DNA from: an uncultured Bifidobacteriaceae bacterium | GTDB lineage: Bacteria; Actinomycetota; Acidimicrobiia; IMCC26256; JAENVU01 | Assembly: GCA_964544295.1 (NCBI GenBank) | Contig: CAZJBJ010000003.1 | Span: 1 to 52,952 of the forward strand | Reading direction: 5' to 3' | DNA length: 52,952 nucleotides | Part shown: one piece after another, positions 7,822-15,956 of the stretch | Layout: every line of letters starts with the position of its first letter | Numbering within the stretch: position 1 is the first letter of the stretch | The notes under the pieces: generated by a model | Told to the model about the DNA's origin: nothing | Seen by the model: the letters and a program-made list of their open reading frames with translations, nothing else | Databases searched by the model: none | Made by a program: the position numbers and the translations under genes

Positions 7822-9854
7822 CGTTCGTGTTTGGCGATCTCGGCGAGGATCCACCGGCCGTAGCGAGCGGCCGATGCCGGCGTGAAGTGACGGCCGTCGG
7901 GGCGGATCCGTTCGCCGTTGACGGTTTCGGGGCAGGGTGCACCGGTGGGACACACCTGGGCCGCCAGGTCGATCAGGGTGACCTGGTTCGGATGGCGTTT
8001 CGCGAACCGCCGTTCGATCGAGGCGAGACGCGCGTAGCTGGCGTCGTCGACCGCGTTGGAGGTGTTGTCGGTGCCCTGGGCGTCGTTGGGCGCCGGCGCC
8101 GCGATGGTCACGAGCATCACGTGGGCGCCACCGCGAGTGAGCTGCTTCAGCGCCTCGTCCATGCGGGCGAGCATTGCCCGATCGCCCGCCTTCGTGCCGT
8201 TGACGAGGGTCTTCCCGTCGACGACGAGATCGGACTTCTCCCAACTGCTCGCCCAGACGACGACGTTCGGTCGGGCGCGGGCCAGGCCGTCGCGGAGTGC
8301 GGTGTCGACGAGTTGCGGGCAGCGTTCGGAGTGCGGCGTGATCTGTTCACCCCGGGTCGTCGTGATCTCGCCGGAGGCGACGCCGCACCCGAAGACCGAC
8401 GCCTGGTCGAGTGGTATCCGGTTCCGCCGCCCGACTTCGCGCATGCCCGTCCAGAGACTGCACGCGACGGAGTCGCCGACGATGAGGACGCGCATGTTCT
8501 TCGCGTCGCCGGTGCGGCGGATCGGCCGCTGGGTCGCGACCTCGGTCTTCGCCTCCCGGGTCTCCTCCGGACGCGGCGTGCCGCAGACGAGCGGGTCGCC
8601 GTAGCCCCACAGGTAGCTCGGTGGCGGGGTGGCCCCGGCGGCGGACGCGACGAGCGCGATGCTGACCATCCCGACCGCGACCGGTGCCAGGATCGCCGTC
8701 GGCCGGGCGCGGGTGGCGAGGCCCTCGCGGATCGGCCGTTCGACCAGGTAGTAGGACGTGATCGCGGCGGCGAACGTGACCGCGAGCCGGATCAGGTTCA
8801 GCTGGTTCGGCCCGACATGGACCCGGGTCGGGATCAACCAGACGACGATCGGCCAGTGCCACAGGTAGAGCCCGTAGGACAGCCGCCCGATCCAGGCCAG
8901 GGGTCCGACTCCGAGCAGCCGACCGAAGGGCCCGCCGGCCATGACCGCGGCGATGACGACGGCGACGACGAGGGCGTAGATCGCCGAGCCGCCGTGGTAG
9001 TAGTTCGAGCTCGTGTCGAGCACCGAGTGCCACGCGAATCCGACCGCCACGAGGGCGAGCGGTCCGGCGATCGCCAGGATCTGCCGGACGCGCCGACCGA
9101 TGGGACGCGCGGCCAGGATCAGTGCGAGCAACGCGCCGATGAGCAAGGTGTGCGCGTGGGCGTCCGTCCCGTAGTACGCCCGCGACGGATCGCCGTCCTG
9201 GTACAGGACGGCCATCGCGATCACGGACGCGATCGCGCCCACCGTGCACACCGCGGCCAGCACCCGAGTCGATCCGCGGGCGACCCGCAGGCAGCCCAGC
9301 ACGATCAGCGGCCAGACCAGGTAGAACTGTTCCTCGATCGCGAGCGACCACATGTGTCGGAGCGGCGACGCGGCCGAGAACAGCGTGAAGTACGACTGCT
9401 GGTCGAGGATGAACCGCCAGTTGGCGACGTAGAACAGGCTGGCGATGCCGTCGTTGCGGATGCTGGTCCGCTCCCACGGCGCGACGTAATGGTGCGTGTA
9501 CCACGCGACGAACAGGAGCACGAGCAGGAGTGCGGGGAGGAGTCGTCGGGCCCGTCGGCCCCAGAATCCGCCGAGCTTGATCGTGCGGATCCGACGGAAC
9601 TCGAACACCAGCAGCGTCGTGATCAGGAAGCCGGAGAGCACGAAGAACGCGTCGACGCCGAGGAACCCGCCCTTCGCCCACCGGTAGTCGAAGTGGTACG
9701 CGATGACCGCCAGCACCGACAGGGCGCGGAGTCCGTCCAGGGCCGGGTGGTACCGCAGCCGGTTCGCGGCGGACTGCGCGGTGCCGGACCCCGAAGAGTC
9801 GGCATCCGGACCGTCGGCGAGGGTCGAGAGCTGCGTGTCGTCGCCGGGATCCAC
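7818..9854 (-). CDS. O-acyltransferase, AT3 membrane domain fused to extracellular SGNH domain (OatA/OafA-like)
   Basis: LDGLRA, GGFLGVDAFFVLSGFLIT, RRARRLLPA, HMWSLAIEEQFY, SYGLYLWHWP; C-terminal GDSVA and DGRH (DxxH) SGNH motifs. Confidence 0.92.
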   Translation of the reverse strand: MDPGDDTQLSTLADGPDADSSGSGTAQSAANRLRYHPALDGLRALSVLAVIAYHFDYRWAKGGFLGVDAFFVLSGFLITTLLVFEFRRIRTIKLGGFWGRRARRLLPALLLVLLFVAWYTHHYVAPWERTSIRNDGIASLFYVANWRFILDQQSYFTLFSAASPLRHMWSLAIEEQFYLVWPLIVLGCLRVARGSTRVLAAVCTVGAIASVIAMAVLYQDGDPSRAYYGTDAHAHTLLIGALLALILAARPIGRRVRQILAIAGPLALVAVGFAWHSVLDTSSNYYHGGSAIYALVVAVVIAAVMAGGPFGRLLGVGPLAWIGRLSYGLYLWHWPIVVWLIPTRVHVGPNQLNLIRLAVTFAAAITSYYLVERPIREGLATRARPTAILAPVAVGMVSIALVASAAGATPPPSYLWGYGDPLVCGTPRPEETREAKTEVATQRPIRRTGDAKNMRVLIVGDSVACSLWTGMREVGRRNRIPLDQASVFGCGVASGEITTTRGEQITPHSERCPQLVDTALRDGLARARPNVVVWASSWEKSDLVVDGKTLVNGTKAGDRAMLARMDEALKQLTRGGAHVMLVTIAAPAPNDAQGTDNTSNAVDDASYARLASIERRFAKRHPNQVTLIDLAAQVCPTGAPCPETVNGERIRPDGRHFTPASAARYGRWILAEIAKHER

Positions 9855-9920
9855 CGCCGGAGAAGGGTACTCGGGCGGGTGCGTGCGCCCGACGCGGGGG
9901 ATCTTTCCTAGGCTGGTGGG

Positions 9921-10115
9921 ATGAGTCGACCCACCAAGTTCGAAGAGTTCCGGTACGTCGGGGACAAGCGCACGCAGCGCCTCTACGACCTCGACGCGGC
10001 CGACCTCGACCCCGCCGTCATCGACGAACTCATGGAGTCCGAGCAGTTCATCTGCTTCGGGCCCGACACCCCGGCCGAGGCCCGCAATCGCGGGTACCGC
10101 CTCGCCCGGTCGTAG
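9921..10115 (+). CDS. Small hypothetical protein (64 aa)
   Basis: Clean GC3 codon usage; TAGGCT -10 box 6 nt before ATG (leaderless type). Confidence 0.75.
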   Translation: MSRPTKFEEFRYVGDKRTQRLYDLDAADLDPAVIDELMESEQFICFGPDTPAEARNRGYRLARS

Positions 10116-10130
10116 GCGGGTACGGCCCGG

Positions 10131-10745
10131 TTACCGCGTCGGTGCGACGAACCCGCCGGGGATCGCGTCGGCCGCGCCCTTGAGTCTGGCCGCGAACGCC
10201 TCGTCGGACAGGGCCGGTCGTGCCGCGAGCGTTCGGGGGTCCGGCAGTCCGGCAACGTCGACCCACGACGTGCAGCCCCCGTAGCTCTCGTCGTTGGGGA
10301 CCACGAGGGTCTCGGCCAGCACGTGGACGCGCAGCGCGAGCACGAACAGGGGATCGCGTGACTTCCAGCGGAACCGCGACTCGACGTACTCGCGGGACCA
10401 GATCACCTTGCCGTCCAGCGCGTCGAGCACGTCCGGTTCGGTCACGGTCGCGACGCCGGCGACCTCGGCCCAGCCGTCGAATCGAAGCTCGTCGGCGTCG
10501 GCACCGGCGTCGAGGGTCGTGACCCAGCGGCGGTAGGCCGGCTTCACCAACTCCTCGCGCTGGTGTTCGAACGTGGGAAAGAGCCAGGCGGTCGTCGACT
10601 GCACGCCGAAGTGCCGCCCGGTTTCGTGGAGCCCGCCCTTGCGGATGTCGAGGATCTGCTCGCCTTCGAGGAGCGCCTGGACGATGACCGCCCACTCCTT
10701 GAACGCCGGAACGGATGTGGGAACGGTGGGCGCGGCGTCGGTCAC
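10131..10745 (-). CDS. DUF1802 family protein
   Basis: AFKEWAVIVQALLEGEQILDIRKGGLHE, LFPTFEHQ, YGGCTSWV. Confidence 0.85.
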   Translation of the reverse strand: MTDAAPTVPTSVPAFKEWAVIVQALLEGEQILDIRKGGLHETGRHFGVQSTTAWLFPTFEHQREELVKPAYRRWVTTLDAGADADELRFDGWAEVAGVATVTEPDVLDALDGKVIWSREYVESRFRWKSRDPLFVLALRVHVLAETLVVPNDESYGGCTSWVDVAGLPDPRTLAARPALSDEAFAARLKGAADAIPGGFVAPTR

Positions 10746-10782
10746 GAGCGGTCAGGATACTGGGGTCTCGACGAGGAGCTCC

Positions 10783-11535
10783 GTGGACCAACAGATCGAA
10801 CATCCCGACGGCACCACCCTCGCCGCGTACTGGGCCCATCCCGCGAAGCGGGGCTCGGTCCCGGGGCTGGTGCTGTGCCACGACTTCCCGATCCCGCCGC
10901 GCGGCTCGGTGGCCTCGGGGTTGACGTTTCCCGAACTGGCCGACCGCATCGCGGCCCAGGTCGGTTGGCGGGTCCTCACGTTCAACTTCCGCGGTACCGG
11001 TGGTTCCAGCGGTGATTTCTCGATCGGCGCGTGGAACGAGGATCTGCGCCTCGCGCTGGACTCGCTGCTGGCTCACCCCGACACGGTCGGCGCGTCGATC
11101 CTCGGGACGGGGGTCGGCGGTGCGCTGGCACTGGGCATCGGTGCGTCCGATCCTCGAGTGCGGGGGATCGCGTGCCTCGGCGCGCCGACCTCGTTGTCCG
11201 ACTGGTCACGCGACGCGGGCCGGTTCGCCCGGTTCTGTCGGGGCATGGGCGTCTTCGAATCCGAGTCGGCTCCGAAGGATCTCACCGCGTGGGCCCGAGA
11301 GATCGCGGCCGTCGACGCGGTGGCGAGTGCGCGCGCGTTCGCGCCCCGGCCGCTCCTGTTGCTCCACGGGACCGACGACGACGTGGTGTCGGTCTCCGAG
11401 TCGCAGCGGCTCGCGGCCGCACACGGCACGGCCGAACTCCGCATCATCGCCAACGCGGGTCGCCGACTCCGGCACGATCCCCGCGCGGTGGCCTCGGTCC
11501 TCGGCTGGTTGGATCGCCAGGCGCCGTTGGCCTAG
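10783..11535 (+). CDS. Alpha/beta hydrolase-fold protein (catalytic residues appear degenerate)
   Basis: FNFRGTGGSSGDFS, PLLLLHGTDDDVV; GAGGAG SD before GTG 10783; nucleophile elbow reads GTGVGG. Confidence 0.85.
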   Translation: MDQQIEHPDGTTLAAYWAHPAKRGSVPGLVLCHDFPIPPRGSVASGLTFPELADRIAAQVGWRVLTFNFRGTGGSSGDFSIGAWNEDLRLALDSLLAHPDTVGASILGTGVGGALALGIGASDPRVRGIACLGAPTSLSDWSRDAGRFARFCRGMGVFESESAPKDLTAWAREIAAVDAVASARAFAPRPLLLLHGTDDDVVSVSESQRLAAAHGTAELRIIANAGRRLRHDPRAVASVLGWLDRQAPLA

Positions 11536-11539
11536 GAGT

Positions 11540-12451
11540 TCAGCTCGACGCGAGGCGGGCGCGGGCTGCGTCGAGCACATCGGCCAGCGTCTGGGCCAGC
11601 GGGATCTCGGGCGCCCACCCGGTGACATCGCGGATGTGTTGATTGCTGCCGACCATGCGGGGCGCATCGACCGGCCGCACGAGCGCCGGATCGGTCACGA
11701 GCCGGATCGGCCGGCGGGCGTGAGCGAGCAACGCATCGGCGATCTCCTGAATACTCACGCCCTGGCCGGAACAGACGTTGTAGACGTCGCCGGCGACGCC
11801 GTGCAGGGCGGCCAGGCGGTAGGCGCGCACGACGTCGCGCACGTCGGAGAGATCACGAACCGCGGTCAACGACCCCACCGGGATCTCGTCGACGCCCTCC
11901 AGTTCGGCGCGGGCGATGCGAGCGGCGAGCGCGGGTACCACGAACTGATCGGTCTGGCCCGGACCGGTGTGGCCGAACGGACGCACCCGCACGATGTCGA
12001 GCCCGTCGGCGAGGAACGTCTGCAGCGCGACGAAGTCGGCCGCGACCTTGCTCGCACCGTACGGGGTGACCGGTCGGAGCGGTGCGTCCTCGGTGAGCGG
12101 GATGCGTTCCGGGTCGGCGTTGCCGTACTCCTCGGAGCTCAGGATCACGACGACGCGGGGGACCTGGACCTCGACGCATGCCCGCAAGACGTGCAGTGTG
12201 CCTTCGGCGTTCACGCGGAAGGACGCCCCCGGACTCGACCAGCTCTGCCCGACGCTACTGAGTGCGGCGAGGTGGTACACGACCTCGGGTCGCGCGTCGC
12301 GCATGGCCGTCAGCACCGAGTCCGCGTCGGTCACATCCACCTCGACCGGACCGAACAGGTCCATCTCGGTGACGTCGTCGCCGCTCGCGCGCAGGTGCGC
12401 CACCAGGTGCGGGCCGACGAACCCGCCCGCGCCGGTCACAGTTGCTCTCAT
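11540..12451 (-). CDS. NAD(P)-dependent sugar-nucleotide epimerase/dehydratase, Rmd/Gmd-like
   Basis: VTGAGGFVG, YHLAA, SSEEYG, PYGASK, RPFGHTGPGQ, RDLSDVRDVVRAY. Confidence 0.88.
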   Translation of the reverse strand: MRATVTGAGGFVGPHLVAHLRASGDDVTEMDLFGPVEVDVTDADSVLTAMRDARPEVVYHLAALSSVGQSWSSPGASFRVNAEGTLHVLRACVEVQVPRVVVILSSEEYGNADPERIPLTEDAPLRPVTPYGASKVAADFVALQTFLADGLDIVRVRPFGHTGPGQTDQFVVPALAARIARAELEGVDEIPVGSLTAVRDLSDVRDVVRAYRLAALHGVAGDVYNVCSGQGVSIQEIADALLAHARRPIRLVTDPALVRPVDAPRMVGSNQHIRDVTGWAPEIPLAQTLADVLDAARARLASS

Positions 12452-13566
12452 CGGTTACCCCCCAGCGCCGCAGCGTAGGCGTCGAGATGGTGGTCGACGG
12501 ACCTCTCCCACGTGAAGGTCGCGGCGCGTGGGGGACCGGTCACTCGGAGTCGGTCACGGGTATCGGGGTCGTCGAGCACGCGGACCATGGCCGCCGCGAG
12601 CCGATCGGGGTCGCGTGGGGGGACGAGCACCGCGGCGTCGCCGACGACGTCCTCCATCGCCGACCCGGTGGTCGTGATGAGCGGGGCGCCACACGCGAGG
12701 GCCTCGAGGGCGGGGAGCCCGAATCCCTCCTCCAGCGAGGGGTAGACGACGGCCACCGCCTGACGGAAGAACGCCGGGAGGAGCTCGGCCGGCATCCATC
12801 CGGACCGCAGAATCTGGGTCGTGCAACCGCTGCGGGCCGCGGCGTCGCGCACCGCGATCGCGCCCCATCCGTCGCGACCGGCCACGACGAGACGGAGTTC
12901 CGGCCGACTCGGAGCGAAGCGAGCGAACGCGGCGATGAGGTTCGGGACGTCCTTGCGCGGTTCGAGGGTCGCCGCGAACGCGAAATAGGGAGGCCGGATG
13001 CCGTGCGCGGCGAGACGCGCGAGGTCATCCCGGTCCTCGGTCCGGAATCGCGTGTGGTCGACGCCGTGCTCGGCCACGACGACCGGAGCCGACGGCGCGA
13101 GGACGGCGGTGAGGCGTCGGGCCGTATGGGGGCTGACCGCCACGATGGCATCGGCTCGGTGGACGCTCGCGGCCATCATCCGCCGGAAGAAGACGACTTT
13201 CGATCGTTCATGCCACTCGGGGTGCTCGAAGAACGTCAGGTCGTGCACGGTGACCACTCGCGGCAGCTCCAACCGCAGCGGCAGCGTGTAGTGAGGTCCG
13301 TGCCACAGGTCGGCGCCGACGTGCGCGGCCAGGCGTGAGGCACCGGTCTGTTCCCAGAGGAGTCGCGCGGGTCGCCGATCGGGCACGTCGGGATGGACGG
13401 TCGCGCCGGGCGCGATGGCGGTCCACCGGGTGACGTCGTCGCGTCGGGTGGCCAGGTGGAGTTCCACTCCGCGTCGAGCATCGAGTCCACGGGCGATCTC
13501 GATCGTCGCGACCCCGGCACCCACCGGACGCGCGGGAACGGCCGAGACATCGAGCAGGAGCCGCAC
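12448..13566 (-). CDS. Glycosyltransferase family 4
   Basis: VVTVHDL, TLEPRKD, YPSLEEGFGLPALEALACG; start GTG (MRLLLDVSAV); ATGA-coupled to the reductase. Confidence 0.9.
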   Translation of the reverse strand: MRLLLDVSAVPARPVGAGVATIEIARGLDARRGVELHLATRRDDVTRWTAIAPGATVHPDVPDRRPARLLWEQTGASRLAAHVGADLWHGPHYTLPLRLELPRVVTVHDLTFFEHPEWHERSKVVFFRRMMAASVHRADAIVAVSPHTARRLTAVLAPSAPVVVAEHGVDHTRFRTEDRDDLARLAAHGIRPPYFAFAATLEPRKDVPNLIAAFARFAPSRPELRLVVAGRDGWGAIAVRDAAARSGCTTQILRSGWMPAELLPAFFRQAVAVVYPSLEEGFGLPALEALACGAPLITTTGSAMEDVVGDAAVLVPPRDPDRLAAAMVRVLDDPDTRDRLRVTGPPRAATFTWERSVDHHLDAYAAALGGNR

Positions 13567-13577
13567 GACGCGCCAGC

Positions 13578-14660
13578 TTAGGAGGCGTCGATCGCGGCGG
13601 CGTAGGCCGCGGCGTGGGCGTGGGCCGAACCGCGCCACGAGAAGCCGGCCGACCGCTCGCGCCCGGCGCGGCCCATCGCTCGGCGACGCTCGGGGTCCGT
13701 CGCCACGTCGACGATCGCGTGGCCCCACCCGTTGATATCGCCGACCGGTACCAGGACTCCCGCACCGCCCACCACCTCGGGCAGGCTCGTCGCGTTGCTG
13801 GCGATGACGGGACAGCCGCGGGCCATGGCCTCGAGTGCGGGCAAACCGAATCCCTCGTACCGGGAGGGCACCGCGCAGAGGGTGGCGCGCCGATAGAGCG
13901 CGTCGAGGGTGCGCTCGTCGACCGTACCCAGACGCGCGACCCCGTCGACGTCGAGGCCCCCGACGTCGAGCCAACCATCCGGACCGACGATCGCCAGCGT
14001 GAGATCGGGGAGTTCACGCCGGACGCGGGTCATCGCGCGGGCCAGGATGTCGAGACCCTTCCGCGGCTCGACCGTTCCGACGGCCAGGACGTAGGGGCCG
14101 AGGACGCCCGCGCGAACCACGAGTTCGTCGATGACGGGGTCCGGCTCGGGGTCGCGAACCGCGACCCCGTGGGGGGCGAGGAAGATGCGTTCCCGTTCGA
14201 AGCCGACGCGCACCAGTTCGTCGCGCGCGAAGCGAGACGCGGTCACGATCGCGCGCGCGTGTTCGTGTGCGAGTTCGAGGCCGCGTTCGTGGAACGCGAG
14301 CCCCCGCTTGGTGAACGCGGCCGGCTCGCGGAGGAACGCCACGTCGTGCACGGTGACGACCAACGGCGCGGTGTCGGTGGGTGGGATCGCCAGGCTCGGA
14401 GCGTGGATGACGTCGACCGGCAGGCGGACCCGCGGGCGCTGGAGGCGATGCCACGCCTCGTAGCGCATCGGGCCGCGGGGCCATCCGAGGTCGACGGTCT
14501 CGCCGATCAGTGACCGGACGCGCCGGCTCGGCGTGCCGGCCCCGAAGCTGAGGACCTCGACGTCGGCGGCGGGGAGATTCTGCGCGAGATGCACGATGTA
14601 GCGCCCGATACCGCCCGGCACCGGTTGGAACAGCTGACCGATGTGGAGTCCCACCTTCAT
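13578..14660 (-). CDS. Glycosyltransferase family 4
   Basis: MKVGLH, VVTVHDV, GTVEPRKG, PSRYEGFGLPALEAMARG. Confidence 0.9.
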   Translation of the reverse strand: MKVGLHIGQLFQPVPGGIGRYIVHLAQNLPAADVEVLSFGAGTPSRRVRSLIGETVDLGWPRGPMRYEAWHRLQRPRVRLPVDVIHAPSLAIPPTDTAPLVVTVHDVAFLREPAAFTKRGLAFHERGLELAHEHARAIVTASRFARDELVRVGFERERIFLAPHGVAVRDPEPDPVIDELVVRAGVLGPYVLAVGTVEPRKGLDILARAMTRVRRELPDLTLAIVGPDGWLDVGGLDVDGVARLGTVDERTLDALYRRATLCAVPSRYEGFGLPALEAMARGCPVIASNATSLPEVVGGAGVLVPVGDINGWGHAIVDVATDPERRRAMGRAGRERSAGFSWRGSAHAHAAAYAAAIDAS

Positions 14661-15766
14661 CCGAGGCTCCGGTACAACTGGAGGAGTCCGTCGACGGTGG
14701 TTGTCCAGCTGTACCTGGCCACCTGTCGACGACCGCGGTCGATGAGTTCGTCGCGCTCGGCGGACGGTTGGCTCAGCCGGGTCACTTCCATCGCAAGTGA
14801 CTCGGCATCGTCCGGTGCCACGAGGCTGGCCGCATCGCCGAGCACTTCCGGGAGGGATCCGGCGGTGCTCGCGACCACGGGGACACCGCACTGCATCGCT
14901 TCGAGCGGCGGGAATCCGAATCCTTCGTACAACGACGGGTATGCGAAGACCGCGGCGCCGGAGAGCAGGTCGGCGCGGTCGCGGTCCGGCACGAACCCGA
15001 GCCGGTGAATCCGGTCCCGGGCCGGGCAGGCGGCGATCGCGGCCTGGACCCGGTCCGTATCCCACCCCGGGGGTCCGGCGAGCACGAGATGGAGTTCGGC
15101 ATCCGAACCGGCGGCGATCGCGAACGCCTCGACGAGCATGGTGAGGTTCTTGCGCGGCTCGATGGTGCCGAGCGCGAGCACGTAGCGGTCGGCACCGACG
15201 ATCGCGCGGCCGCGTTCGGCGTCGCCCCCACTCACCATCGGTACTCCCGACGGGATCGCGACGACGCGCGCCGGTTCGATGGCGAACGCCTCGCAGACTT
15301 CCGCGGCGACGAACTGACTGGGAGTGTGGACGACCGCCCCCCGAGCGATCGCGCGGGCGAGCAGATCGCGATACCGGAGGGTGTCCGCGGTGCACAGCTC
15401 GGGGAATCGGATGAAGGTGACATCGTGCACCGTCACGACCACTCGCGCCCGTGCGGGGGGCGCGACGAAGTTCGTGGCGTGGACGACGTCGACGGTCCCG
15501 GTCCAATCCTCGATCCGCGGTCGCGTCATCCCTCGTCCCCACAGCTCTCGCACCAGGGTGGCCGGGAACGGCCGGGTGGCGGTCGCGATCCCGCCGGGGA
15601 CGCGTTCGCGCAACTCGGCCCGGCCACGCAGCGTCAGGGCGTACGCGACCACGGAGATGTCGGCGCGTCCCGCCAGCTCCGCGAGCACGCCGGCGGTGAC
15701 TTCGCCGACACCCGTGCGATGACCGAGTAATGGGGTGCCGTCGATGGCGATGCGAAGGGCGCCGAT
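14657..15766 (-). CDS. Glycosyltransferase family 4 (start uncertain)
   Basis: LRIAIDGTPL..RTGVG, VVTVHDV, GTIEPRKN, YPSLYEGFGFPPLEAMQCG. No canonical start near the domain start; ATC 15766 or GTG 15868 are the candidates. Confidence 0.85.
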   Translation of the reverse strand: MGALRIAIDGTPLLGHRTGVGEVTAGVLAELAGRADISVVAYALTLRGRAELRERVPGGIATATRPFPATLVRELWGRGMTRPRIEDWTGTVDVVHATNFVAPPARARVVVTVHDVTFIRFPELCTADTLRYRDLLARAIARGAVVHTPSQFVAAEVCEAFAIEPARVVAIPSGVPMVSGGDAERGRAIVGADRYVLALGTIEPRKNLTMLVEAFAIAAGSDAELHLVLAGPPGWDTDRVQAAIAACPARDRIHRLGFVPDRDRADLLSGAAVFAYPSLYEGFGFPPLEAMQCGVPVVASTAGSLPEVLGDAASLVAPDDAESLAMEVTRLSQPSAERDELIDRGRRQVARYSWTTTVDGLLQLYRSLG

Positions 15767-15956
15767 GGTGGCGATCCTAGAGCCCGGACCAGGAGCGGCC
15801 CCGCCTTGTCGAACGATGATTTCCGGCGATTCGACGGTTGGTATGGGACGATCGCGGAGCCGGGTCACCCGCAGGTCGGACTCCAGGCCGGGGTGGTGAT
15901 CGGTCGATGGTTGTCGGGAGGCCCGACAGCGAGTCTCGAAGGTGAGGATGTCGTCG

